Part shown: piece after piece, positions 8,801-17,506 of the stretch
Layout: each line of letters opens with the position of its first letter
Position numbering within the stretch: the stretch's first letter is position 1
Origin: an uncultured bacterium
GTDB taxonomy: Bacteria; Verrucomicrobiota; Kiritimatiellia; RFP12; UBA1067
Direction: 5' to 3'
Assembly (NCBI GenBank): GCA_902799385.1
Contig: CADCAK010000016.1
Location: 1,201 to 65,200, forward strand
Length of the DNA: 64,000 nt
Made by a program: the position numbers and the translations under genes
Notes under the pieces: generated by a model
The model's database searches: none
What the model was told of the DNA's origin: nothing
What the model saw: the letters and a program-made list of their open reading frames with translations, nothing else

Positions 8801-9904
8801 ATCAAGCCGGGGCTTGTGCAGTGGGACTGGTGGCACGGCTTCAAGATCACCGATGTCCCCGGGCTCAAGTCCGGCTGTAACTACGAGACGTACAGGGCCT
8901 ACATCGACTATGCCGCTGCGAACGGGATCCCCTACATAATCATGGACGAGGGATGGAGCGAGCACCTGGACCTCGACAAGCCGCGCGCCGAGGCGAACCC
9001 CGAAGGTGTCATCAACTACGGCAAGGAGAAGGGCGTCGGAGTAATCCTCTGGGCGGCATGGTCGCCGCTTGTGAAGGCGGAGGACCGCGCGCGCATCTTC
9101 GACCGCTACGCCGCGATGGGCGCGAAGGGCTTCAAGATCGACTTCATGGAACGCGACGACCAGGACCTTGAGAGGTTTCTCGAGAATACTGCCGCCGACG
9201 CCGCAAAGCGCAGGCTCGTCGTCATGTACCACGGCATCCACAAGCCGACGGGGCTTTGCCGCACATTCCCCAATGTCCTCAACTACGAGGGCGTCTATGG
9301 GCTTGAGCAGGGGCACAGCATTGGCGGTCGGCATGTCGTAGTCGAGAACGACGTCACCATCCCCTATACGCGCATGGTTGCCGGCGCGATGGACTATACG
9401 CCTGGCGCGATGCGCAACCGCGCCCACGATGCGCCGGACTTCCAGAAGGGGAAGGACGCGCCGTCCTGCTATGGCACGCGCTGCCACCAGCTTGCGCTTT
9501 TCCCGATTCTCGAGGCGCCGGTTCAGATGCTTTGCGACTCGCCGACGCAGTACCGCACGGCCGGCGAGTGCTTTGCGTTCCTGAGCAAGGTCCCGACCGT
9601 CTGGGACGAGACGGTTGGCGTCGCCGGCGAAATCGGCGCGTTCGCGTCCGTGGCGCGGCGGAAGGGCCGCGACTGGTGGCTTGGCGCGATCACGAACTGG
9701 GATGCGCGCGACATGGAGCTTCCGACGAAGTTCCTCGGCGAAGGCGAGTGGAAGGTCGAGGCGTTCGAGGACGCGGCCGATGCCGATGTCAACGCCGAGC
9801 ACTACGTTCGCCGCGATTTCACGGTCAAGGCGGGCGAAGCGCTCAAGGTGCATCTCGCGCCAGGCGGTGGCTTTGCCGCCCGCTTTGTGCCGCTGGTAAA
9901 ATGA
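5861..9904 (+). CDS. secreted fusion protein: FAD-dependent oxidoreductase (FAD_oxidored-type) + glycoside hydrolase family 97
   Basis: Sec-type leader '[20 protein letters not shown]'. Dinucleotide fold '[39 protein letters not shown]'. The C-terminal half carries GH97 motifs '[15 protein letters not shown]', '[12 protein letters not shown]', '[12 protein letters not shown]' and '[28 protein letters not shown]'. Confidence 0.8.
   Translation: [1347 protein letters not shown]
9894..9902 (+). promoter_or_regulatory. extended -10 promoter box TGGTAAAAT overlapping the GH97 stop codon
   Basis: Exact family motif. Its last T is the first base of the TGA stop at 9902-9904. It lies 14 nt upstream of the TTG start at 9917. 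Confidence 0.45.
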
Positions 9905-9916
9905 CATAGGGCTGCA

Positions 9917-11476
9917 TTGCATATTCAACGGCGAGAGTTGCTGAAAGGCGGGTTGTCGGCGCTTGGTTTCCTTGCGCTGGACGGCTTGCCTGTCTTCGCG
10001 GCTCCAGCCGGGTTCAAGCCGAAGGGCAAGCCCAAGCTCGTGTTCGGCATATTGAGCGACACGCATTTGCAGTCGGGCTGGGACGGCGTCAAGCCCCATG
10101 GCGGCTTTCCCCTCACATACGTGACGAACGCGATGAAGCTTTTCCGAGACCGCGACATCGACGCGTTCATGCACCTTGGCGACGCGGCGCATCGCGGCAA
10201 GAACGTAGAGGCGCAGTACCACCGCGACATCTTCGAGAAGTTCTTCCCCCACGGAAAGTCGCCGCACGGCAGGCGCATCGTCGAGAAGCTTGTCGTCGTA
10301 GGGAACCACGAGCTTTACGGAAACGTCGCGGGGGGCGGTGGCGCGTGGGCGCCGAACATCTGGAAGGACCCAGCTGAACGCGCGAGGCACGTGCTTTGCG
10401 GCGACCTTCCGAAGCATTGGGAGCAGGTCTGGGGCGAGAAGTACGAAGAGGTCTGGCACAAGGAGGTCAACGGCTACCACTTCTTCGGCCGCCACTGGGA
10501 AACAGACGAGATGAAGCTTGCGAACTTCATAAACTCCAAGGCCGAGGAATATTCACTTAAGGGAGCCAAGCCGTTCTTCATCCTTTCGCACAGGCGACAC
10601 CATTTCCGGTTCTGCCACGCGCTGAGGGCGTTCCCGAACGCCATCGCGTTCTTCGGCCACTGGCACCAGTCGAACGCCGACTACAAGACGATCTACTTCG
10701 ACTCGTTTGGCGGATTCTTCCCGAGCATCCAGGTTGGGGCCTGCCGCATGGACGGAGGCAACGCGCTGGATGGGAACGAGCGCGTCACAAAGGGCGAAGG
10801 TATCATGGAGAGCGTCGTGGCCAACGGCAAGGCGTGGCAGCAATGCAAGAACCCGTCGCGGCAGGCCATGATCGTAAACGTCTACGGCGACTGCGTAATG
10901 TTCGAGCGGCACGAAGTCGGAAAGGGCGGCAAGCTCGGCCCTGATTGGATGCTGCCGCTGGACTGGCGGCAGGAACACGTCGGCGGCGAGCGGAAGAAGC
11001 ATCCCTTCTCGCGCGGGGAGCTCGCGAAAGCCCTTGGCCCGCCGGAGTTCCCGAAAGGCGCGAAGCTCGAAGTGTCCGCCACGCTGTCGCGCGTAGTCGC
11101 GAAGGACAACGGCGCACTTGTCGTATACCGCGACAAGAACGCCAAGAACGCGCCGAGCGTTCCCGTAGTGCGCCTGACGATCCCGTGCGCCGACGGCAAC
11201 CTTAATTCGAGGCCGTATGCCTACGATGTGGTGGTGATAGGCGACGACACGAAAAACAAGCTCTTCAAGAACGTCTACTGGGCTGGCTGCAACCTTGGCA
11301 TCGGCAACGCGCCGAACAACGGACTGACGCTCGTAGACATTCCGAAGACCGAATTGCCGGAGGGCAAGTCGCTGACTATCGCCGTCCGGCCGGTATCCTC
11401 GCTCGCAAACAAGGGCAGGCCCCTTGCCGTCACATACTCGACGACATCGGGGACTGTCAAACAAAGAAAGGTATAA
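9917..11476 (+). CDS. Tat-exported calcineurin-like metallophosphoesterase
   Basis: TTG start. Twin-arginine leader 'MHIQRRELLKGGLSALGFLALDGLPVFA'. Metallophosphoesterase motifs 'GILSDTHL', 'HLGDAAHRG', 'VVGNHE' and 'FFGHWH'. Confidence 0.75.
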   Translation: MHIQRRELLKGGLSALGFLALDGLPVFAAPAGFKPKGKPKLVFGILSDTHLQSGWDGVKPHGGFPLTYVTNAMKLFRDRDIDAFMHLGDAAHRGKNVEAQYHRDIFEKFFPHGKSPHGRRIVEKLVVVGNHELYGNVAGGGGAWAPNIWKDPAERARHVLCGDLPKHWEQVWGEKYEEVWHKEVNGYHFFGRHWETDEMKLANFINSKAEEYSLKGAKPFFILSHRRHHFRFCHALRAFPNAIAFFGHWHQSNADYKTIYFDSFGGFFPSIQVGACRMDGGNALDGNERVTKGEGIMESVVANGKAWQQCKNPSRQAMIVNVYGDCVMFERHEVGKGGKLGPDWMLPLDWRQEHVGGERKKHPFSRGELAKALGPPEFPKGAKLEVSATLSRVVAKDNGALVVYRDKNAKNAPSVPVVRLTIPCADGNLNSRPYAYDVVVIGDDTKNKLFKNVYWAGCNLGIGNAPNNGLTLVDIPKTELPEGKSLTIAVRPVSSLANKGRPLAVTYSTTSGTVKQRKV

Positions 11477-11481
11477 ATGAC

Positions 11482-12084
11482 ATGTCAAATGCATCCATGA
11501 TAGTAACTTCGGCTGTAGTGGCGCTTTTCGCGCTTTCGTCCGTCCGCGCCGCAGACGGGTATTCGTGCTCGCTGCGCGTTGGGAACTCGACTGCGACGCA
11601 GACGACGTCGGAGGGAAAGGAGAAGGGGAAGGGCAAGGCCACCCGCGCCCATTCGTCGTCCAAGACCGTGACTCGCGTCGTGACATGGCCCGTGTCGGGA
11701 TCGGTTCGCGGCGAACCCGCCCCCTCAGCCAAAGATGTCAAGCTGATGTGCTATTTCATAGGCACGTCCGACGGCAAGGCGACGATGCTCGGGACGGAGA
11801 CCAAGAAGGTCACGCTCGACGAGAAGGGCAACTTCAAGCTCGACGTCTCGGCTCCTGCTGACAAGCTCGTCCACACCACGACCGTTACGAAGAGCCGTGG
11901 ACGGCGGCGCGGCGGCAGGTCGGGATCGACGAAGTCCACGACATCTGGCACGCGAGTGACGGGGTGCATAATACAGCTCCTGGTCAAGGACAAGGTCGAG
12001 AGGGCGTATGCTTCGAATTCGGGGTGGATTACGTACGCGAAGAAGAACCCTCTTCCCGAAGAAGACGTCCTTAAAATCCGCTGA
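11482..12084 (+). CDS. small secreted protein, function unknown
   Basis: Signal-like N-terminus 'MIVTSAVVALFALSSVRA'. Ser/Thr/Lys/Arg-rich segments. No recognisable domain. Confidence 0.45.
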   Translation: MSNASMIVTSAVVALFALSSVRAADGYSCSLRVGNSTATQTTSEGKEKGKGKATRAHSSSKTVTRVVTWPVSGSVRGEPAPSAKDVKLMCYFIGTSDGKATMLGTETKKVTLDEKGNFKLDVSAPADKLVHTTTVTKSRGRRRGGRSGSTKSTTSGTRVTGCIIQLLVKDKVERAYASNSGWITYAKKNPLPEEDVLKIR

Positions 12085-12121
12085 AGACATGCGTCGCGCA
12101 GGCGCCGAACTGGTGTTTTTA

Positions 12122-12130
12122 TGGTATAAT
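12122..12130 (+). promoter_or_regulatory. extended -10 promoter box TGGTATAAT
   Basis: Intergenic, 35 nt upstream of ATG 12166, with a GGAGGG RBS in between. Confidence 0.6.
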
Positions 12131-12165
12131 ACGGGCATGCCGACGGCGGCGGAGGGCAAATCGAG

Positions 12166-13083
12166 ATGGAGTCGATGTTCAGCATTGCGGCAATTGCGTT
12201 CTGGGCGCTATGCGCGGCCGGGATAGCGTGGTATGCGGCGGAGGTCGCGAAGGACGTGACCTACGTCACGCTTGCGGACGGCCGTCGCCAGGAGCGCTCG
12301 ATACCCATGGTCTTCAAGCTCCTCCTTCCCTTCGTCGGGAATCTCGACGGGCTCGTCTCGCGCCCCATGTTCGCCAAGCAGATCGAGGCCGCCGACCGGA
12401 CGCTTGTCGCCGCTGGGTTCGAGGGGCTTCTCTCGGGGCGCGAGTTCGTCGCGCTCAAGATGCTCTGCCCTGCGGTCCTCGGCTTGGCGTGGACCGTCCT
12501 CATCCTGCTCCTTGGCGCGGCGCTTCCCGACTCCCTGTTCTCGGACGGCTTCGTGCCGCTGTGCCTCTTCGGTATCGCGCTTTTCTCCATGCAGCCGGCG
12601 ATGTGGCTCAGGAGTGCGCTCAGGAAGCGCCATCTCGCTATAATGAAGGCGCTGCCGTTCGTGCTGGACATACTGACGCTTTCTGTCGAGGCGGGCATGG
12701 ACTTCATAAGCGCACTCCAGCGCAACTGCCAGACGCGCAAGCTCGACGCGCTGAACGAGGAGCTGCTCCGCATGACAAAGGAGATCCAGGTGGGGCTGTC
12801 GCGCCGCGAAGCCCTGAAGAACATGGCCGACCGCGTCCGCCAGAGCGACCTTAGGGCCGTCGCGTTTGCGCTGATCCAGGCCGACGAGCTCGGCGTGTCC
12901 ATCGGCGCGATACTCCGCATACAGTCCGAGCAGCTTAGAAGCCGCCGCTTCGACCGCGCCGAAAAGCTGGCGAACGAGGCGCCGACGAAGATGCTCGGGC
13001 CGCTTATGCTCTGCATTTTCCCCGCAGTGTTCATAATCCTGCTCGGGCCGGTGCTGTCGCAGGCCATGAAGGGGATGCTGTAG
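12166..13083 (+). CDS. type II secretion system F-domain protein (TadB/TadC-like platform protein)
   Basis: Polytopic membrane protein. The single T2SSF-type domain is 'LPFVLDILTLSVEAGMDFISALQRN...EIQVGLSRREALKNMADR'. Confidence 0.7.
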   Translation: MESMFSIAAIAFWALCAAGIAWYAAEVAKDVTYVTLADGRRQERSIPMVFKLLLPFVGNLDGLVSRPMFAKQIEAADRTLVAAGFEGLLSGREFVALKMLCPAVLGLAWTVLILLLGAALPDSLFSDGFVPLCLFGIALFSMQPAMWLRSALRKRHLAIMKALPFVLDILTLSVEAGMDFISALQRNCQTRKLDALNEELLRMTKEIQVGLSRREALKNMADRVRQSDLRAVAFALIQADELGVSIGAILRIQSEQLRSRRFDRAEKLANEAPTKMLGPLMLCIFPAVFIILLGPVLSQAMKGML

Positions 13084-13101
13084 CGGGTGGAGGGACAAGA
13101 C

Positions 13102-14436
13102 ATGGCGAAACGTCCAGAACTGCTAGTCGCGTCCGGCCCGATGTCCGGCACGCGATTCGAGGTCGGCGCCGGAGGGGTGCGGCTCGGCCGCTCGCTGTCA
13201 AACGACGTGCACATCCCCGACGAGGAGATGTCGCGCAACCACTGTCTGTTCGAGAGGTCGGGCGAGTCTGGGATACGCGTAACGGACCTCGCGAGCGCGA
13301 ACGGCACGTTCGTCAACGGCAAGATGCTCGGCTCCGAGTCGCGCGAGCTCAAGGAAGGCGACACGATTGAGGTCGGCGCAACGAAGATCAGCGTCGTGGG
13401 TGAAGCCACTGCGGCCATCGACCTTGGGCTCGGCTCCGCAGCGCCTGACGCTGCGCGCGGCCCGGAGGCGGCTGGCGGTGCATCCAATCAGCATGGCGTG
13501 CGCTCCCGCGCGAAGTTCGCCAACCTCCTGTGGGTCGTCGCGGCGCTTGCGGTGGCGGTTGCGACGGCCGTCGTCCTTCTTGCGCCGCGCGAGACCGGCG
13601 ACGGCGTTGCGGCCGTCGTCGACGAGAAGCCCGAACAGAAGCTCGTTTCCCTGCACTACGAGAAGGTCGAGGCGGACGCCGAGCGGATCTTCAGCTACAG
13701 GATGGAAATTGACGAGTCCGGCATCCTGCGCGTTGCGTTCGACGACGTTCCCGGGGAGAACCGTCACGCAGACAAGAAGGCAAGGCTTTCCGCCAAGGCG
13801 ATGAAGAGGATCCTTGAGCTGGTCGACAAGCCCGCCTTCGCCGCCCTCGACGGCGAGTACACTGGCTCCGGCGTCGAGGACGAGAACGCGCTCAGGCGAT
13901 TCAGGATACGCATCGTGCGCTGGAACGACGTCAAGGACGTGCTTGTCGAGAACACCCAGGAGCCCGACGCCTTTAGGGAGATGCGCGAGTCGCTTGAGGC
14001 GTTTTCGCGCAACGAGCTCGGCATCTGGGCGGTGCAGTACACGAAGGAGAAGCTCGTCGAGCTAAGCGCGGAGGCTGCAAGGTCGGGCGACGCCAAGTGG
14101 GAGGACCGCGAGGTCGAATACGGCAACCTCAGCGCGGCAGTCAAGGCGTACAGGGGCGCCGTGTTCTATCTCGACACGGTAAACCCGAAGCCGGACGGCT
14201 ACGCCGGCTTGAAGGAGCGGCTTGCCCGCGCCGAGGCGGAACTTAAGCGCCGCTATGAGGACCAGAGCTTCCTTGCGGACAAGGCGATAAAACTCGGCGA
14301 CCTAGAAGCCGCGCATGCCGAGCTCAAGACACTCTGCGAAATGGTGCCGGAGAGGGACGATCCGCACCATGCCGAGGCAAACGCGCGTCTCGTGGACGTC
14401 GAAAACCGCATAAAGAAGGCGAGGGGTGGAAGATGA
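13102..14436 (+). CDS. FHA domain membrane protein
   Basis: ATG 13102 follows a GGAGGG RBS; the listed ORF begins at GTG 13087. The FHA core is 'GRSLSNDVHIPDEEMSRNHCLFERSGESGIRVTDLASANGTFVNGKML', followed by a TM helix 'LLWVVAALAVAVATAVVLLA' and a ~260-aa extracytoplasmic part. Confidence 0.75.
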   Translation: MAKRPELLVASGPMSGTRFEVGAGGVRLGRSLSNDVHIPDEEMSRNHCLFERSGESGIRVTDLASANGTFVNGKMLGSESRELKEGDTIEVGATKISVVGEATAAIDLGLGSAAPDAARGPEAAGGASNQHGVRSRAKFANLLWVVAALAVAVATAVVLLAPRETGDGVAAVVDEKPEQKLVSLHYEKVEADAERIFSYRMEIDESGILRVAFDDVPGENRHADKKARLSAKAMKRILELVDKPAFAALDGEYTGSGVEDENALRRFRIRIVRWNDVKDVLVENTQEPDAFREMRESLEAFSRNELGIWAVQYTKEKLVELSAEAARSGDAKWEDREVEYGNLSAAVKAYRGAVFYLDTVNPKPDGYAGLKERLARAEAELKRRYEDQSFLADKAIKLGDLEAAHAELKTLCEMVPERDDPHHAEANARLVDVENRIKKARGGR

Positions 14437-15737
14437 GGGGAATTGCAATCGTGCTCGCCGCGCTTTCGGCCTTTGCCGCTTTCGCCGACGCTTCAAAGAC
14501 GATACGCTGCGATTTCACGAGCCAGCCGTCCGGCGCCACGGTCACCGTGGACGGCGTGGCGCGCGGCGTTACGCCTCTAACGTTGTACGACCTGTCTCCC
14601 GGCATGCGACACGTGCGCTTCGACATGGCCAACTACGAGAGGGTGGACGAGTTCGTTCTGCTTCGCGAAGGCGTCGCCGTCGGCAAGAACGCCGTGCTGC
14701 GTCCGCAGAAGGGGCTTCTCCTGCTTCGATCTGAACCCGCCGGGTGCGACATCTCCCTCGACGGCATGTCCCTTGGCAAGACTCCGCGCCTCATAGCGTC
14801 CCTTGACGCAAAGAACACATACCGGCTGCTTCTGCAGAAGCCCGGCTACCAGCCGCGAAACGTTGAAGTCAAGTTCAACGGCGGCGCCCCCCTCGTCAAG
14901 AACGAGTCCCTCTTGATAGACTCGGGCGTAATAGAGGTGACAAGCGAGCCGGCCGGCGCGGAGGTACTGCTGAACGGACGGCCGCGCGGACAGACGCCCG
15001 TGAGGGTCGCGGGGGTTCCGAAGGGGCGTGCGAAGATCTCGCTCAGGAAGCAGGGCTTCGCCGACGAATCGCGCGAGCTCTCGGTCGTCGTGGGCGACTG
15101 CCAGACGCTGTTCGTCAGGCTTAGCGGACTTCCGGGCTCGATCTCGCTTTCGTCAGTTCCCGACGGCGCAAGGTTCTATGTCAACGACAAGCCCGTCGGG
15201 AAGGGCGCCGTGTCGCTTTCCGGGATGTCGCCGGGCACCTACGCGATCCGCGCCGAAAAGGAAGGCTATGCGACGGCGACCAAGACCGTCTCGCTTGCGA
15301 ACGGCGGCTCGGTAGTCGAGGAGTTCAGGCTTGCAAACATAATGGGGCGACTTGAGGTGAGGACAGTTCCGTCCGGCGTGGACGTGTTCCTCGACGGCAA
15401 CAAGGTCGGCACGACCGCTCCCAGGGGCGAAGACAGCGACGCAAGCGAGATATTTGCAGTCGAGAACGTGCGCGAAGGCGAGCATGTCCTAACGCTCAAG
15501 TGCGACGGCTACGCCGGCGTCACAAGGCACCCTGTCGTAGAAAACGGCAGGACGCACCAGGTCAGCGTCAGGCTTAAGCGCGTCTTTACGCCGAACGTCG
15601 AGATAACCACCGTCGGCGGGGTGTACCGGGGCGTTCTCATCTCCAATACCGAGAGCGGCGTCGAGGTCGAAGTCTCGCTTGGCATCAGCCGCACATTCCC
15701 CCACGGCGAGATAAAGAAAATAGATTTCATAAAGTAG
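14433..15737 (+). CDS. secreted protein with multiple PEGA domains
   Basis: ATGA overlap with the FHA gene. At least five repeats of the PEGA pattern ('SQPSGATVTVDGVARGVTP', 'SEPAGCDISLDGMSLGKTP', 'SEPAGAEVLLNGRPRGQTP', 'SVPDGARFYVNDKPVG', 'TVPSGVDVFLDGNKVG'). Confidence 0.75.
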   Translation: MRGIAIVLAALSAFAAFADASKTIRCDFTSQPSGATVTVDGVARGVTPLTLYDLSPGMRHVRFDMANYERVDEFVLLREGVAVGKNAVLRPQKGLLLLRSEPAGCDISLDGMSLGKTPRLIASLDAKNTYRLLLQKPGYQPRNVEVKFNGGAPLVKNESLLIDSGVIEVTSEPAGAEVLLNGRPRGQTPVRVAGVPKGRAKISLRKQGFADESRELSVVVGDCQTLFVRLSGLPGSISLSSVPDGARFYVNDKPVGKGAVSLSGMSPGTYAIRAEKEGYATATKTVSLANGGSVVEEFRLANIMGRLEVRTVPSGVDVFLDGNKVGTTAPRGEDSDASEIFAVENVREGEHVLTLKCDGYAGVTRHPVVENGRTHQVSVRLKRVFTPNVEITTVGGVYRGVLISNTESGVEVEVSLGISRTFPHGEIKKIDFIK

Positions 15738-16499
15738 GTGAAGCGCCGTCTTGACATCGTTCTCGTCGAACGCGGGCTTGCCGAGAGCCGCACCCGTGCG
15801 CAGGCCCTCGTGATGGAGGGCAAGGTCCGCGTAGACGGGCAGACCGAATACAAGGCGTCGCGGCAGGTGGACGACTCCTCCGCAGTGGAAGTCGAGTCGC
15901 CGCCGCGCTTCGTCTCTCGCGGCGGCGAGAAGCTCGAAGGTGCGTTCGAGCTGTGGGGGACGGGGAAGGGGGATTGCGGAGCGGCCTTGTGCGCCGATGG
16001 CAAGGTCTGCCTTGACGTCGGCTCGTCGACCGGCGGCTTCACGGACTGCCTTCTTCAGCACGGCGCGAGGCGCGTGATGGCCGTGGACGTCGGCACGAAC
16101 CAGCTTGCATACAGGCTGAGAACCGATCCGCGCGTGTGGGCGAAGGAAAACTTCAACGCGCGGTTCATGAAGCCTGGGGACATTCCAGAGGTCCCCGAGC
16201 TCGCCGTCACCGACGTATCGTTCATTTCGCTCAAGCTCATCCTTCCGCCGATATGCGAGGTGCTTGCACCCGGCGGGGAGATCGTGGCGCTCATCAAGCC
16301 TCAGTTCGAGGTCGGGAAGGGGAACGCCCCCGGCGGCTTCGTCCGCGACGAATCGCTCAGGCTCGCGTCGCGCGACGAGATAGTCCGCTTTGCGAAGGAT
16401 GAACTTGGCCTTGTGCTCCTCGGACTCGCTGAGTCTCCGATAAGGGGACGCGAGAAGGGGAACGTCGAGTACCTTTCTTGGTGGCGCAAGGACGCCTGA
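15738..16499 (+). CDS. tlyA: TlyA-family 16S/23S rRNA (cytidine-2'-O)-methyltransferase
   Basis: The GTG start abuts the PEGA gene's TAG stop. S4-like N-terminus 'RLDIVLVERGLAESRTRAQALVMEGKVRVDG'. SAM motif 'CLDVGSSTGGFTDCLLQHGA'. Confidence 0.8.
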   Translation: MKRRLDIVLVERGLAESRTRAQALVMEGKVRVDGQTEYKASRQVDDSSAVEVESPPRFVSRGGEKLEGAFELWGTGKGDCGAALCADGKVCLDVGSSTGGFTDCLLQHGARRVMAVDVGTNQLAYRLRTDPRVWAKENFNARFMKPGDIPEVPELAVTDVSFISLKLILPPICEVLAPGGEIVALIKPQFEVGKGNAPGGFVRDESLRLASRDEIVRFAKDELGLVLLGLAESPIRGREKGNVEYLSWWRKDA

Positions 16500-16501
16500 A
16501 G

Positions 16502-17506
16502 TCAGGTCGTCGGAATGAGCCAGTCGGAATCGACGCCGTTGATTTCGAGAGGAACGACGTAGCGGTCGCCGCCAGTTGCAGGCTTCGCCTCGGCAGGGGC
16601 TTCCTGCTTCGGTGCAACCGGCTTGGGGGCGACCGGCTTGGGCTGCGGCTTTGCGGCAGGCTTTTGGGGCGCAGCCGGTTTCGGCGTCGTGGCGGGCGTC
16701 TTTGGCGCCTTGGCGGTGGAAATGGGCTTCAGTATGTCCTCGAGCTCGTCGTCGTCAAGCGCGTTGTCGTATGCGTCGGGTTTTCTGGCCGACCTTGGCC
16801 TTTCGGCCTTTGGCTTTTCCGCAGCGGCCCTTTCGGCTGCGTCTTTCTTCTCGTAGTATTCGGGATAGAGCCTGCGGCGCTGACGTTCGATTTCCTCCTG
16901 ACGGAGCTTTTCCTTTTCCGCATCGATCTTTTCGCGCTCGGCCTTGAGAAGGGCCCTGACCTTCACGAGCTTCGCGGTGTCCTCGTCTATCTGGCGCTGA
17001 AAGGCGAGCTGTTCCTTCGTAGGACCTGCGGCCTTCTGCGCGGCAGCGGCGGCTACGGCCTTTAGCTGCTCCTCGGCCATCTTGGCGCGGTTCTCTTCAA
17101 TCTTCGCCTGCTGTTCGATCATCTTCGCCTGCTGGTCGGCCATCTGCTTCTGAAATGCCGCGAGCGTGTCAGTCATGGCCTTGAAGGCCGCGTCGTTTGC
17201 GGCATTCTGCGCCGGTGCGGACGGCTGTACGACAACAGGCTGGCGGTCGCGTTCCTTCATGGCGAATTCCACCAGCTTGTCGTTCTGAACCTGAATCTGC
17301 GCGTTGGCGTCGCGCAGCATCATGAGGAACACGACAATCATCACTGTCATGAGCATGCCGAAGAATATGCAAAGCATAACCATGCGCTTGCGCGCTTTGC
17401 TCTGCTCGGCGTCGATGTACTGCTGGAAAGCCTTCAGGACAGGAAAGTCGTCAAGACCTTCCTGGCCATAAATGCTGATGGCATTTTCGTTGGTGCGTTC
17501 GTTCAT
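16502..17506 (-). CDS. membrane-anchored coiled-coil protein with a Pro/Ala/Lys-rich tail
   Basis: One TM helix ('MVMLCIFFGMLMTVMIVVFLMML'). Long heptad-like 'QQAKMIEQQAKIEENRAKMAEEQ' stretch. C-terminal 'PKPAAPQKPAAKPQPKPVAPKPVAPK'. Confidence 0.55.
   Translation of the reverse strand: MNERTNENAISIYGQEGLDDFPVLKAFQQYIDAEQSKARKRMVMLCIFFGMLMTVMIVVFLMMLRDANAQIQVQNDKLVEFAMKERDRQPVVVQPSAPAQNAANDAAFKAMTDTLAAFQKQMADQQAKMIEQQAKIEENRAKMAEEQLKAVAAAAAQKAAGPTKEQLAFQRQIDEDTAKLVKVRALLKAEREKIDAEKEKLRQEEIERQRRRLYPEYYEKKDAAERAAAEKPKAERPRSARKPDAYDNALDDDELEDILKPISTAKAPKTPATTPKPAAPQKPAAKPQPKPVAPKPVAPKQEAPAEAKPATGGDRYVVPLEINGVDSDWLIPTT

Noticed and set aside
8552-10495. 647-aa minus-strand ORF spanning the GH97 3' end and the metallophosphoesterase 5' end
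   Set aside because: It crosses a gene boundary on the opposite strand, has low-complexity Arg/Ala/Val composition and shows no recognisable motifs. Shadow ORF.
16491-16511. Imperfect hairpin spanning the convergent stop codons of tlyA and the coiled-coil gene, as a bidirectional terminator
   Set aside because: The stem is 9 bp with a bulge and only a 2-nt loop, and there is no U-tract on either strand. It may be coincidental.
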